A DNA stretch of 62,998 nt, counting the filler, from Phoronis australis (Eukaryota; Animalia; Phoronida): the NCBI GenBank assembly GCA_002633005.1. It is 7 parts of 7 records of this genome, joined end to end, with 100 filler letters (N's around TTAATTAATTAA, not from the genome) between each part and the next. Parts side by side here need not be neighbours in the genome. Positions count along the whole stretch, not along the records: positions 1 to 3,138 come from NMRA01003196.1; positions 3,239 to 6,537 come from NMRA01003102.1; positions 6,638 to 28,307 come from NMRA01001323.1; 4 more parts are not named here. One strand, given 5' to 3'. Each line of letters begins with the position of its first letter. Positions within the stretch are counted from its first letter, which is position 1. Both the position numbers and the translations under genes were made by a program. Shown here piece after piece: positions 1-13,335 of the stretch. Below the pieces are notes generated by a model, which did no database searches, was not told the DNA's origin, and saw only the letters and a program-made list of their open reading frames with translations.

Positions 1-62
1 CTTTAGGTATCTTGCCCACATCTTCACAAACCACACTTTGGTTCGGTTGCCGTGTTGATAAC
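1..62 (-). CDS. Candidate downstream exon of the Thr-rich protein gene, running off the window edge ((G)YQHGNRTKVWFVKMWARYLK)
   Basis: AG at 64-63 with a weak pyrimidine tract. The phase matches the phase-1 end of exon 409-625 and the frame stays open to position 1. Confidence 0.4.
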
Positions 63-408
63 CTTAATTAGAAATTCCGAGTTATGACAAGGATGACAGA
101 TAAACTGTGATGTCACAAGATAAATATTACAAAATAAGATTAAGAGACTGGAAGAGCTGAGCAAAATACTAGATCACAAAATGACATGAAAAAATGAAAT
201 TTAGACAATTCTTCCTATCATTTGTGGCATAAAACGAACACAGATTTCTTTGAAAGAAAAAGTCCCGAGACCAAAAACCCGGACTAAGAGGCGGAGCAAT
301 TCATTTTACACAAACATCTCAGAATGTCCAGCTGTTGTGTCACCAGGCCTTTGCACTTAGAAGACAACCCAAATAACACATTTAGTTAATAACAACAAAA
401 CAGCTCAC

Positions 409-625
409 CAAAGAAAGTAAGACCGAATCCACTCTTGAAGTTGACAACATCTCCCGGCTCATTGATAGTCTTTACTGGTGCAGTGCTTGTACTCATACTG
501 GCATAACTGGATCCGTTCCAAGCACCTGATGTCGTCATAACAACTGCCGTTGGGGTAGTCGCCATAGTAGTAGTGGTTGTGGTCGCTGCTTCTGTAGTTA
601 TAGTAGTTGCTGGCTCTGTTACATC
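409..625 (-). CDS. Internal exon encoding a Thr/Ser-rich mucin-like stalk (DVTEPATTITTEAATTTTTTMATTPTAVVMTTSGAWNGSSYASMSTSTAPVKTINEPGDVVNFKSGFGLTFF)
   Basis: Acceptor ttctccctgtag and donor G|gtgagc flank 217 nt that are open in phase 0. Strong Thr bias and an NGS sequon. Confidence 0.6.
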
Positions 626-974
626 CTACAGGGAGAAGAACAGCTACTAACTACACTTGACTAAATCTAACCACTTCAAGTCATTGCCAGCATCACCTTC
701 TTCAGTTTTAAGGAGTTCTAATATTTTGCGAATACCACAGTCTCTAAAACATTGTCTGATGGTAGCCATGGTATACAACTGAGTATGGAAAATGTTACAC
801 TCGTCTGGTGCTATATTTTTTCATGGAAAAAGTGAGAAAATTTCACTCAACAGCTGTGTTCTTAATTGGTTATTTTTTACTGTTCAGTAATAGTGTCCGA
901 CAGATATACTGTCTCACAGCTATATTTTCCCACACAAAATATCTATCGCTTGTGGTTTAGCCAAAATTTACTCA

Positions 975-1518
975 CAGCTAAAGCAGCTATACACTCATAG
1001 ACTACAGCTGCTATGCACCTGCACAATACAGCTGCTATGCACCTGCACACTACAGCTGCTATGCCCCTGCACACTACAGCTGCTATGCACCCGCATACCA
1101 AAGCGGCTATACACTGTCTCACAGACTAAAACTGTTATACACTGTCTCACAGACTAAAACTAATATACACTCACTGACTAAAACTACTATATACCCACAG
1201 ACTAAAACTGCTATACACTGTCTCACAGACTAAAACTACTATACACTCACTGAATAAAACTACTATACACTCACAGACTAAAACTGCTATACACCCACAG
1301 ACTAAAACTACTATACACCCACAGACTAAAACTGCTATACACCCACAGACTAAAACTGCTATATACCCACAGACTAAAAGTACTATATACACTCACAGAC
1401 TAAAAGTACTATACACTCACTGACTAAAACTACTATACACCCACAAACTAAAAGTACTATATACTCACTGACTAAAACTGCTATACACCCATAGACTAAA
1501 ACTAAAACTAAAACTAAC
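975..1518. repeat. Minisatellite of 23-27-bp units (CACACTACAGCTGCTATGCACCTG, then ACTAAAACTGCTATACACCCACAG), decaying into (ACTAAA)n
   Basis: Tandem units are directly visible and explain the repetitive ORFs at 1171-1610. Confidence 0.95.
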
Positions 1519-1526
1519 CTACAATG

Positions 1527-2260
1527 TACGGTAAAGTCGCGTGATTTTCGGACGGACCGCCATTTTCGACCAAGAATAAATATTTCCGAAATGAGTTTTT
1601 CATAGTCCACGAAATTCGTGCAAGGTCCAAAAACTGTTTTTTAATGATCTTCGAACTTCGGACAATGTCATAAACGTCGGATTTTTGCCCCGCGACTTTC
1701 GGACAAGGAACATTTTAGAAACGCTAATTTGGGATCGACACAACTCCCGTGTCACTAAAGCGTTCAACGGATGATTACTACTCTATGAGGCTTGAATCTG
1801 AGAATTGGTGTAACGGGCTTTGTAATTTTTACCTTGTCTTGACGATGTCATGACCGTTACTCGATTGTCTTGCGTTTAGCTTGTGTTTGGCGCTTTAGCT
1901 ATGGAAAGAGTCACCGAGTCCCGCATGACGAAAATTTCTGATGAAAATACAAATGGGAAATACACCGAAGGCTGCAGTTTTTCGTTGTAGCGTAACATGT
2001 GCTCTGGTTTAATCAGACCGTGTTGTTCGACTTCGGACTGTGACATTGAACTTGCACGCCTGACATCAACTTGCGTGTTTACGAAACGTTTTTATTTTTA
2101 AAACGTCCTGGCCTTTGCAAATGCCCTTGTTAGTGGCTAAAATTTCCGGCGACGTGTCCCGATTTTATTCTTGACGTGATGAGAAATATTTTTTGTTTAG
2201 GCCCCCATTCACAGTAGGCCCCAGCTAAGTCTGTCCGTAGGATATCGCGCCTTCAAAGTA
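1527..2260. mobile_element. Possible old TA-flanked non-autonomous DNA transposon
   Basis: Left TACGGTAAAGTCGCGTGATTTTCGGACGGAC versus reverse complement of the right end TACTTTGAAGGCGCGATATCCTACGGACAGAC: degenerate inverted ends around a CpG-rich interior. Confidence 0.35.
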
Positions 2261-3138
2261 GTGTAGATAGTGAACAGCAGCAGCCGAATGAGACGGAGCC
2301 AAAGTAAAGCTGGCTAAAAATCAAACATAGCGCAAGGCCCAGCACTCAGAAAGGGGTGCGGCGCACACGCAATTGTTACAGAGACATTGCATCCCTGTCC
2401 TACGTTGTGTGCTATAACACATATCAAAAACTAATGTACATCCACGTAACCACGTTTCATTACCCTTACAAATTGTCTGTTGCTCTCTGATAAGCATCGC
2501 AGATGCAAGAATCTCGCTAAAGAAGAGAGTGTGATCGTGTGCTTCGTTTGCAATGCCTCACCAAACGTCTCGACGTCTTCAGTCTAGCATGTTCATGAGA
2601 TTCTCACCCTTGCGCCCCTGGTCGCAGACTAGGGTAGAGTTCAGTAGCTGTCTTGGGAAATACAAAAATCTAGCCAAAATCACGCTTTCAATTAAAAAAC
2701 AATACATCACGTCTTTTCATGAATTCTTGCTTTTTAGCGAAGTTCTAGCGTTACGAGCTTTACCCCAGATGTAAACCTAAAAAAGATTTAACTTGCGGCG
2801 ACCCAATTTTGCTTGCTCATCCAGTGGTCTGTGTACTTGTGGTCTTGTTAATTCACACCCTGTACCGTCTGAGGTACAACACCCTGAACTCCATTGTGTC
2901 CCGAGATTAAGATGAATCCCGACAAGGACACCGGAACCCTGTGGCACTCTCTGTCTGCGGCGGCTAAGAAAATCCTCCAACAATCATTTCCAAAAATGAC
3001 AAGTCAGTTGAATCAGATTTGGTAGTCGTTGCTTCTTGTGGTCCTATGGGTAGGCTAACAAGAATACAGGACCTGGAGTCCGATGCAACGGGCTTGGAAC
3101 CTGATAAGTGTTTCCGACCCGGAGTTCGATATTTACTT

Positions 3139-3238
3139 NNNNNNNNNNNNNNNNNNNNNNNNNNNNNNNNNNNNNNNNNNNNTTAATTAATTAANNNNNN
3201 NNNNNNNNNNNNNNNNNNNNNNNNNNNNNNNNNNNNNN
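3139..3238. other. Assembly gap with artificial TTAATTAATTAA six-frame-stop spacer (same at 6538-6637, 28308-28407, 52724-52823, 55931-56030, 59567-59666)
   Basis: Identical 100-nt N/TTAATTAATTAA/N structure occurs six times. Confidence 0.97.
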
Positions 3239-3282
3239 TTCCCGATGCACTTTAGCAAATGCAACTGAAAACACTTCCATCA

Positions 3283-3333
3283 CTTTACTTGAAGGTCACG
3301 TATTTTACTTGAAGGTCACGTATTTTACTTGAA
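3283..3333. repeat. 20-bp tandem repeat, about 2.5 copies (TTTACTTGAAGGTCACGTAT)
   Basis: Directly visible. Confidence 0.85.
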
Positions 3334-3600
3334 GAGCACACGTTCTCCAGTCCTGTAGTGACCTTGATGCCAAGAACATCTCAACCAGATGTGAAGTTTA
3401 AAATCCTCATCTGATCAAGATGTTTGTGATATTTTGAGATTTCACGTAACCAAATGTGAAGTTGACACGTGAAATATAAAATATCAATCCCAAGCCTGCC
3501 AACGCAGCAAGACTGCACTGTGAAAATACTGACAAAATTTGGACTCAGAAATTTTCAATTCTCTGTTGCCTAGCAACAAATTACAGAACACATTGCTTAC

Positions 3601-3645
3601 CTGTGTAATGCACTGTTACCGCTTGTCCAGCCTTTGGGAATGTAG
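3601..3645 (-). CDS. FKBP1A: FKBP12-type peptidyl-prolyl isomerase, coding exon 2 ((A)TFPKAGQAVTVHYT(G))
   Basis: Acceptor cattttcag, donor G|gtaagc. The TFPKxGQxVxVHYTG motif is diagnostic of FKBP12. Later exons were not found; a gap follows at 3139. Confidence 0.92.
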
Positions 3646-6001
3646 CTGAAAATGACAACATAAACTTATAGGACAGGACACATCAAACTCACATAGACAC
3701 TCAACAAGAAAAAACTACAAAACAAGAATATGCAACAGACATTTGAATAGGAGAAAAACATTAACCAAAGAAATCACAGCCAACGCAAAAATGAATTTAG
3801 TCCCACGCGTGCTGCTTCTCTTAGCGTCCACTTTGTGAAGCAAATTGTCAAAATTGGGAAAAGAACTTACGATACCCGAAATATTAGTCTAATTCTAAAG
3901 TACCCAATGATACGCCATTCGTAAACAACTGAGCACTAAATTACGCACATGGCTCAACTGCAAGATTTAGATAGTTGCCAATTGTTGCTGATTATAATGA
4001 CTCGCTTTATGCAGGTAGTTGTCTGGTTCAGATTGCACTCCAGGCTTGGGAACAGACCTTTTGTGAGATAAGAAGTAGGGTGGATTTTTGCCCCACTCTT
4101 GGACCTCATTGACATGTTCAGAATGAAACCTTAGTTCAGTTACGATGCAGGATACGATAAACTAAATTGCAGACATGGTAAATTGCACACCCATGTCTGC
4201 ACAGAAACAGAAATTTCAAATTTCGTAACGAGTTTCTGTTTTAGTATGAACCTTACAGTTTCTCAATGAACAAGTACAACTTCATAGTTTATAAGTGATT
4301 CTGAAAGTGACCTGAGTTATCCTGGGTTATCCTGAGTAGCATAAAAGCAACTGCTTACTTAACAAAATAATTTTCTCTACTGCCATTGTTTGTAAAACTG
4401 ACTATTTTAAAATGCCCACCCGTACCACAAAAAAATCATAAAATTCAGAGACAAAAATGCATAACTTTCTCAAGCATTATCTGATTTTTATTTTTTTATT
4501 ACTTTGCACATCTAAATAGTCCTTTGCATATGAGATTCAGTCGGCATTTGATAAGTGATTAGGTTGTAACATGGAATATTTCAAGTCGTGCATTTGTCAC
4601 CGTTGGCAGTAGATTAAACGCTAAAACACTATCGTTTGCATAGCTCACAACGACAGTGGCGGCCTGCAAAGGTGTTTTTTACTTGAAAATTATTTATACC
4701 AACATAACTGATGGCTTGCCAGAGCAAAGCATAATTTGTCGAAAAGCTTCTAGCAATTTTTGGTTAGAACACAATATTGTAAAATCAGTGAAATTTTCGT
4801 TTATGAAATTTTTCAATAAAAGTGAGCACTCAAGAAGAAAAGTTTACTTCATTATTTGGGGATTTTACATTGTACAGGACTCATCAACAAACATGTGATG
4901 AAATTTTGACAATTTAAAACTTGTAGCGAGGTTTTGGAAAACAGAAAATGAGTATTTTGGCAGTCATTTTTGTACAACTTCGAGGAAACTTTACATGGCC
5001 TAAGATCGACTCCGTCAACTCAAAATTTCTCAAAGAGCGTCTCCAAGAGTCATGATTTCCCGACTTGAAGTGACAAACAGTAATTTAATTAAATGACTAA
5101 TTTTCAACACTATGTAATGTACATTTTTGCCTCAAATTTACAACTTCTTCAAAAGCAGAAAATCGCAGACGATACTTCCTCTGCTACTTCAACTTATTAC
5201 CCGCATTCAAAAAAAGCAACATTTTGCACACGTGCAATTCAACAAGATAGCACACAAACAGTGCAAGCTGTTTGCGGCTAAGACTTGAACAGAGTTCACT
5301 GTAACAGGTAGGACCTTTATATACCTGTTTATTCAATGAAAATCGTAAGGGTGTCGATCGTGGGTAAACTGTTGATTGTGGGTACACTGAGGCTGACAGA
5401 ACAGGCAAAAACCCACTACCAGAAAAAGCTGTGACCTAGGCCATGAGAAAACATGGTTGTCAACGAAAACCAAGGAAAAAAGATTGAATATGCAAGGAGC
5501 ACCAATTAGATCACTGACAGCTTAAACTCAACCTGTTAGGCTTCGTCAGGTATTCAATATCTTTTCATTCAGGAGTTACTGCCAGATCCCCGCAATAATT
5601 ATCGGTTGGCAAGTTTATGCATGAGGTCCATCCTTGTCTCAGAACAGGGTTGGTGGACCAATTAGAACTGCTACTAAAGTATTGGCGTGATCTAATTAAT
5701 AACTGTCATCATCGTTTTTTGATGCAGTGAAAAATTCTCAGTTCTAATGTTGCAGTCCTGCAATTCAAATAAACGACAATTCATGAATTTGAAAGCTCCC
5801 CTGTCCCGGTCCCAATGACAAGGAGGCCGAAGAGAACACGACTCTCGTCGGTGTGTTGTCTGTTGAGCAATATTGTAATGGATGACTAACGCGGGTCGCC
5901 CGACGCCGGCGTCTGGAAACCAGTCAAAATCCTCAACAACAACAAATGTGCACAAGTAAATATGATCCTCTAATGCACATAGAATCTTTAAAATGACTTA
6001 C

Positions 6002-6041
6002 CGCCATCCCCTGGTGCAATAGTTTCAGCATCAACGCCCAT
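6002..6041 (-). CDS. FKBP1A: FKBP12-type peptidyl-prolyl isomerase, coding exon 1 (MGVDAETIAPGDG)
   Basis: ATG at 6041 in an AAAATGG context and donor G|gtaagt. Splices in frame to 3601-3645 and resembles the MGVQVETISPGDG N-terminus. Confidence 0.92.
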
Positions 6042-6924
6042 TTTTATCGTCGTTACTCGCAGTAGCACTCGAAGGATGACAAAGGAAACGCTGCTTTTCC
6101 GCCCTCTGTGGGACCCAGTGGTCAGTGACATCTGGTGGCAGCCCACCAAAATCTGCCACAATGTGGCCTTTCAGTGGAGACCGCGCTTTCGACCCCGCCA
6201 GCCTGAGTGAGCCGGGCGCGATTGCGGCATGACAGTTCAATCTTCCCTTCATCTGGGGAGAAGATTAATAGTTACGTATATATCTATACAATATCTAGTT
6301 CAATCACATAAAACGTGACGATTTCTTATACTTTGGCACTGAAGTGACCCCGCCGCCCGGCGGGGACCGCCGCACGCCCGCCGCCAGTCCGGGGTCCCAG
6401 TTTTCGACCGCTCACCGGCCGGTGCCTGATTAAACTTAGTACGTAGCAGAAGTATGCTGCAGGTTCCGCGCTTTTTTGGGGCCCTGCGTTCACAACAGTT
6501 TAGAGGCACCAATACCAAACGCATGTTGATGTCAGTTNNNNNNNNNNNNNNNNNNNNNNNNNNNNNNNNNNNNNNNNNNNNTTAATTAATTAANNNNNNN
6601 NNNNNNNNNNNNNNNNNNNNNNNNNNNNNNNNNNNNNTCACTAAGGGCACTTGCATTCCTAAAAAGATCGGCTGCTCGTGACAAAGGCAAAGCCGCATCT
6701 TCTAGTCCTGGAACATCCAACATTCTCCTAAGCAAATGCTCCAACCTATATAGGAACCCGTCATCGAATTGTAGTGTTTCTTGAAGATGTGTTCTCAAAG
6801 TTTCTATTTCAAGAGTAAACAGTCTTGTCGTCGACATCTCCAGCTTGAGGTTTTCGCCAATGAGATAAATATAGCACTGATATACATATAGCCGGCTTAT
6901 TGGTTATCGCCAAGGAGCACAAAG

Positions 6925-6935
6925 GCGCATGCGCA
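6925..6935. promoter_or_regulatory. NRF1-like palindromic motif GCGCATGCGCA between the divergent FKBP and POLR2H starts
   Basis: Motif match only. Confidence 0.3.
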
Positions 6936-6967
6936 TATGCCATATATTAGTTGTGTCTTAGGCCGCC

Positions 6968-7215
6968 AGGATTGACGAAACAGAATCGACGAGACTGGAT
7001 TGAATTCATGAAGTGGGAGACGATAGGATAGACGAAACAGAATCGACTAAACAACATTGAATTCAGTAAACAGGATAGAATATACAAAACAGCATTGAGT
7101 TCACGATATAGAATCGACGAATGTGGATTAGATTGGTGTAATAGCATTGAATACACAAGATAGGATTGAATTATCATAAAGTTGGCATTGAGTTCATTAA
7201 ATGGAATTGAATACA
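6968..7215. repeat. Degenerate minisatellite (GACGAAACAGAATCGAC / ATTGAATTCA subunits)
   Basis: Recurring subunits are visible. Confidence 0.6.
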
Positions 7216-8293
7216 CATTTTAATGTTTTTTGCATAATCGGCCGCCCATAAAGTTCAATTTCGAACACGCCAAACTCGGGTCCAGTAACGTAACTATAAT
7301 GGGTTATTTTTCTGACTGACTCAGGCCGGAATAGTCCGACGAGGACCTTGACGCCGGCGCCCTTGACCGTGTGTAACTTAGTCCTGGACACACTTTTCAC
7401 TGTCCGGTTCTGGAGTTCCCAAGAGTTCCCGAGTTGTATTGACTGTTCAGGGACTGTGTTTGGCTTCCGTCCAACACTTAAATTATTAAAACTCAATGAA
7501 CCTGGACACTAGGCGCGCCCCGCCCGAGTGCAGAGAAATCGGATATTCATGTCTGTAACCAGTTAAACTGGGCGTGAGGTGACATATTCGACTGGAGATC
7601 TACATCCCTGGTGAAAGTAAATATCAGCCACGGTATTGCAAACAGAACACACGCCAACTGAACAGTGCCGGCGGCGCCAATTGTGTTTTCCGGCGCGCGC
7701 CGCTGCAACTCAGTGAGGTGCTGCGCTAGACTAACGATTACGAGTTTCGAGCTTTTAAATTTGGGATTACACCTATCTGTGCACACAAAAAATTGCCACA
7801 ACTTGTTTTCCACGTGAATTGAAAGGAGAACTGAAAAAAATGTTTGGCTCTGACTCCCGGCTACTCGGATCTGACGCGGCCGCGGCCGCCAGCGGGTTGC
7901 ACCGTGCGATCCGACCGGCGACTGCCTCACTCGACACTGGTAACTGATCAGGAAAGGGAAATGCAAGGAAATAAAATAACAGTTAATTGGGTTTTCTTTT
8001 TCACGGTCAGGATGAGATAAGTGCGCAGAAGAGAAACACCGAATTGTTTCATGATGTCAAGTCAGTACGCCTGCGGAATCACTTTTTGGCTGAATACCAA
8101 GCATACCGGAGGCAGAATGCATACCGGAGTCTCCTATGAAAGAGACCTCTAGTGGAGATTTAAAAAAAAAACAAAAAGTAGTCTCAAAATTTAGTCGTTC
8201 AAACTAGCATTAAATTCTGTGTCAGTGTTCATACTCCTCCTAAAATGATTGAAAATCATAAAAATTTTCAATAATCACTATAAAAACATTTAG

Positions 8294-8434
<141 letters not shown>

Positions 8435-11400
8435 TAGGTGATAACAAGCCATGGACAAAATACCTTTCAAATTCATTTTCTAGCCGTCGTTTAAATGTTT
8501 TTCGCTTGTTTCGTAAATGACACGATGACAGAATCGTGTTATCATGCGCAACGACGCAACGTGTTTGGATCGTGTCCAAGAAGACAGAGACTTCGGATAC
8601 TACCCCCGACCCGATGCTCTGTACGCAGTTGGTTTGAAACAATGATAGGCAAAAATATATCTCTAGTCTTGCAATCGTCGCCTTTGTTTGTATTAAGCCA
8701 TAAAACACCTTTCGAGCTTATGCAAGGTCAAGGTCGGCAGTTTCAATGCTCGGAAGTACGCACTACTACAACACAGCCAACAGCAGTTAATCGTACCAGT
8801 ATTCTCAGAAATCTATTCGGGCAGATTTTTGTCACAGTCAATCTATCAATATGGTATATAACATGGTGTAATTGTTAGTTACTATTCAGAAAATTGATTA
8901 ATGGTGTTTTCTATGTAAAATACAACGTTTAAAGGGATTTGACATGGTCATCAGGTCATGGTAGTGTGACAAATATTAAGCAATCCCATTCCCTGGTTTA
9001 TGACATTTACCAAGTTCTAAATTATTTGAATGTTGTTTTTTCAAGTAACAGATTATTTAAAACTAAAAAATGATTTTGTATTCAGCGTTTGTAATTATGA
9101 CGTTAAATAGGAACGTGTGACAGCATGTTTCACCTAAATGACGCAGTGGTGGATTTGACAGCCCGCAAGTCTCTGTTTCAATATTTGTGGCAACTTCCCA
9201 ACTAGCAGTTTTCCTAAATTGAGTACCTTTGGTTCACAATTAGTGTGTTTATTACGTGAAATCAGTGTATTTGCTACTCTTATCAATCAACACTGAGCAC
9301 ACATCAAACACGCGTAAATTACAACAGTAAGTAAACTGACGGAAATCGGAATTGTGCGGTGAAAATCAGTCAAGATCAGACCATGAAGCACTCACCTCCA
9401 GTGTATCTGATCATCTCCATTCCTCGTTTGCAGGAGGAATAAAATTAGAAATTGAATGGTGCATATATTTTACGGGGAGCAAGGGAAGAGGTATGCATAA
9501 TTTTTGGAGAACGGTGTAAGAACAAGGTTTTTTTTGGTCGACGATTTTTTAATGTCAGTTTTGGCGACGTCAGATTTCATTTTGGGAAGACACATTTGGC
9601 TACTTGAAAATGTCCCTTAGATGAGAGAGGAATCATTTGAGTCATCAACCACTAACAAGTTCTTAGTAAGTGAATTTTTACCTTCTCAAATTTTGCATTC
9701 TTGTTGTGACACTATTCGAACTAAAACTGTTGGTGACCCCTAATTTTTTGTTTTTACTAGAAAACATAATGCGTATCAAAATAAATTGTAGAAGAAATGA
9801 TTAAGTGTGTAATTTATTGTAAACAAAACACTAAAGCATGAACTCAAAATCCAGATAAAATGTAAAAAATCAAAAAACGGGAAACATTTTCAAAAGAAAT
9901 CGTTATTTGGTGGTGGCTTTTCAGTAATCTATGTAAATTTTGTGTTTGCATTTTTAGGTGGAAGAAATAATTCAGTGACACCTCACATTTTTGCTGATTT
10001 GTAGTAGGCAAAGACCAAAATACACAATTATACTAAAATCTGTTGAATTCTTTGTAACAACTATAATCCTGCTTTCCATCACAATTTAAGCAACTTTTGA
10101 TGAGGCACATTTACCGTTACCATTACCTGGTGAAATGTTGCTCTGCCATCAAGTTTTATTTGTTTGTTCGCACTCTACGGGTCGCGTTTTTCTTCCGATT
10201 TCCACGAAATTCACACATGCGGAGAGCTGGAACCCTTTTTTCATTCGTCATAGTCGGATTCAATGTGGTAGACGTGTCAGTCATTTTGTTTTCGAATTCA
10301 GATTCAAATGCTCATAAAGGCTGCAATTTTTGACATACACGGCTGAAAATTGTTACGATTATTGAATTAGACATGTTCTACAAATGTGCCGGAAATCATT
10401 CACTTCTGGTCAAAGATGGTGAAAATATTGGCCACGCGCACGCGCACCTCGATTTTGAGACAAAAATGTTTCGTTTTGTAGAGGGCGCATTGTAGGACCA
10501 ATTGCTTATAAATTTTTCAGGTGTTAGTTTACTGTAGCTAGCTATTATGGAAACCTGCTTAACCAAGTTCTTTTCAAAATGGCGGATCTGACGCATTTTC
10601 ATCCATTGTCAATCGTGGGGTGCCATTTTGAATGGGAAGAGCAAGTGATGGGAATTTTTGCGTGTGGATTGTCTGAGGTATACACTTTCAAATGAAAAAG
10701 CAGTTCTCAGACTTAACGTTTTTGAGTTATTTGACATTCAATAAAAAAATGTAAAATTTTCTGAAAAATTCTGAAACTGTGAAACTAAACTGTTAAATAG
10801 AGTTTTCAGCGGGCTTTCAGAAGATATTTTCTGTTTTTCGCTACAATGTCTCGTTTTTAATTATTCAGGATTTGCTGATGAAGCCATTTCTTTGTTGACT
10901 GATTTTTGCTGCACTTTTGTTGGTTTACCATCTATAGAAGAAGACTGTGTTTCTTATCCATTTCTGACATCTTCATTCATCAGATGATTGTTATCCTGTT
11001 TATCATGGACACATCATCATCTTCATCATTCTCATCGTCATCTCCATCGTTGTCTTTTCCATCCATTTCGCCATGTGTCGCTCCTCTGAGCGCTTTCATT
11101 TTGTGTTTGAACGGAACACTGGTTTAGAGTCGATTTATCAATTAATGACTAGTTCGAAGGTCAAGAACCTGGTATATTTGCTATCAAGATCTATGACAGA
11201 ATTTATGTTGAAATGTTTATAGCTCTAGGAAAAAACAACACAATCTGTGAAAAATAGGCTTGTGATTAGTGATGTGGATTCTGACTGGTTGGCTTGAAGT
11301 GTGCAATGCTTCTCAATGGGCATTAGTCATTGATTGTGGGAACCGGTTTCATACACTGAATAATAGGCATCCTGTTAACTTCATAATTTCAGACAAAAAT

Positions 11401-12045
11401 AATTGCCAAAATCAACCGTTTTTTGCATTTTTAAAAGCTTCTAACATTGCTGTGAATGCCCACTATTTATCAAAACTTTTTCTTATTATGCCGGTATTGA
11501 ACTTAAAATTGGTGAAGCATTTGTGATGTTAATTGTCATCACTGAATATTCTTTTAGGTTTTATGCAGTCTGGACGGAAATCTCTTCGGCCTTGAAATTC
11601 TAGATCACGCAATGTTACCATGTATGATTTTTTTGGATACAGTATTTGTTTGACATTAGTCATCATTTATAACAACGAAAAAACAAGTTCCCATGTCCAC
11701 CATGTTTTGTCCTAAATTGACGAGTTTGTGGCAGTGTAATTGAAATTGTACAGTTCAATTTTTTGAAAATAAGATTGGTTCTTTTACAAGTGATAATACA
11801 AAATGCCAATCTTCCTCTGTCTCTTTGCTGGTCTCCTACTGCCACTACCCAACTTCCTAATTAAGAAAATAGGAGGTATTGGGGGGGGGGGGGGCCCTCC
11901 CCCAATCCTTGCATTTTTTCTTAAAAATTTTGAGGAATGCATTGTTTTATTTGATGCCATCGTTCATTTTCATGCTCTGGTAAATTCTATCCATGTGTAC
12001 TAACTAACTTGTATTGTGTTATCGCTCGATTGTTTACCTTTTCAG

Positions 12046-12129
12046 CATCCCGACTCTTTTGTGAGAGTGAATCGTTCAAGATGGACCTGATTTTAGACAT
12101 CAATTCTCAAGTTTACCCCGTTGAACTTG
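12046..12129 (+). CDS. POLR2H: POLR2H exon 2 ((A)[27 protein letters not shown](G))
   Basis: ttttcag acceptor, gtaaga donor, 84 nt, phase-compatible. Confidence 0.97.
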
Positions 12130-12270
12130 GTAAGAATTTATTGACTGTCACATTGTTACCACATGTCATCCGGGTAATGTCCACTTTTATTTGAACACCC
12201 ACGCCTGGAATTTTTGACATTTTCACTTTCGATTTTCTATGGTTTTGATTGCATACTCAGCTTAACTCCT

Positions 12271-12666
12271 NNNNNNNNNNNNNNNNNNNNNNNNNNNNNN
12301 NNNNNNNNNNNNNNNNNNNNNNNNNNNNNNNNNNNNNNNNNNNNNNNNNNNNNNNNNNNNNNNNNNNNNNNNNNNNNNNNNNNNNNNNNNNNNNNNNNNN
12401 NNNNNNNNNNNNNNNNNNNNNNNNNNNNNNNNNNNNNNNNNNNNNNNNNNNNNNNNNNNNNNNNNNNNNNNNNNNNNNNNNNNNNNNNNNNNNNNNNNNN
12501 NNNNNNNNNNNNNNNNNNNNNNNNNNNNNNNNNNNNNNNNNNNNNNNNNNNNNNNNNNNNNNNNNNNNNNNNNNNNNNNNNNNNNNNNNNNNNNNNNNNN
12601 NNNNNNNNNNNNNNNNNNNNNNNNNNNNNNNNNNNNNNNNNNNNNNNNNNNNNNNNNNNNNNNNNN
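12271..12666. other. Sized assembly gap (396 N) inside POLR2H intron 2
   Basis: Run of N with no spacer. Confidence 0.99.
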
Positions 12667-12891
12667 TAATGAAAAAATTAGGTCAAGTGATAGCCACACA
12701 ACACTGGAGTTTGACACAGTTCTCTTGTTTCCTGTTGACCTTTGACCGGAGTGCTACTAAATGGTCATGTACTAAAGCAGGATGTAAAGCACGTTTGGTG
12801 TGTTGTATGTAGTGGGAGGGAGAGGTTGGGCTTGCTTAAATGAAAGTGGAAGAAGAGACGTAATTCAAGAAACTGATTGTTGCGCTGACTA

Positions 12892-13157
12892 CAGTGCAAG
12901 CCAAAAGTACTCGGACAAAATGATCCGGAATTTCCCGTCATGATGTCTGGGCTGAAACGGAATTCATCGTCGGTGTAGTCATCTCTGATGACCGAGAATG
13001 AAGGCAAATTAACAGGAAACTTAGTAACGTGGCTAGGCCATTCTCTAATTAGAATTTTACCGCCCAATTACTTATTACCAACAATTTTTGCTGTTAACAG
13101 AATTAGCCGTTACGATGGGAAAACGATATTTTGTCTGGTTACTTTTGTCTTGCACTG
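12892..13157 (+). mobile_element. MITE of about 265 bp with ~28-bp imperfect TIRs (CAGTGCAAGCCAAAAGTA...TACTTTTGTCTTGCACTG)
   Basis: Inverted ends with TA on the left. A related full copy lies at 48590-48856 and an inverted copy at about 13336-13555. Confidence 0.75.
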
Positions 13158-13335
13158 GAGAAAATGAGTCTCAAACCATGATTGCAGAAAACGATTTTTG
13201 TCTTCAACACTGTGCTTGCACGAAGATTGACAAAAATTAATCAGGGTTGACCAACTTTTCCAAAATTGGACTGGATTTTATCAGCCCCTGTGGTCCCTCG
13301 GCTCGATTTGACTGTAGAAACTAGTTCCAGCCATA

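Noticed and set aside
409-625. Thr-rich exon as FKBP exon 3 (fusion protein)
   Set aside because: Phase mismatch gives a premature stop, and a gap of unknown size intervenes.
1171-1610. Cys/Val-rich repetitive ORFs
   Set aside because: Minisatellite translation with no splice or start support.
3183-3194. Recurrent TTAATTAATTAA palindrome centred in N runs
   Set aside because: Artificial scaffolding spacer with stops in all frames; not biological.
10960-11100. Acidic GAT-rich stretch on the minus strand (MDGKDNDGDDDENDEDDD)
   Set aside because: Short, closed by stops and inside a POLR2H intron; low-complexity or TE debris.
12214-12812. ORFs spanning the N run
   Set aside because: Artefacts of translating N.
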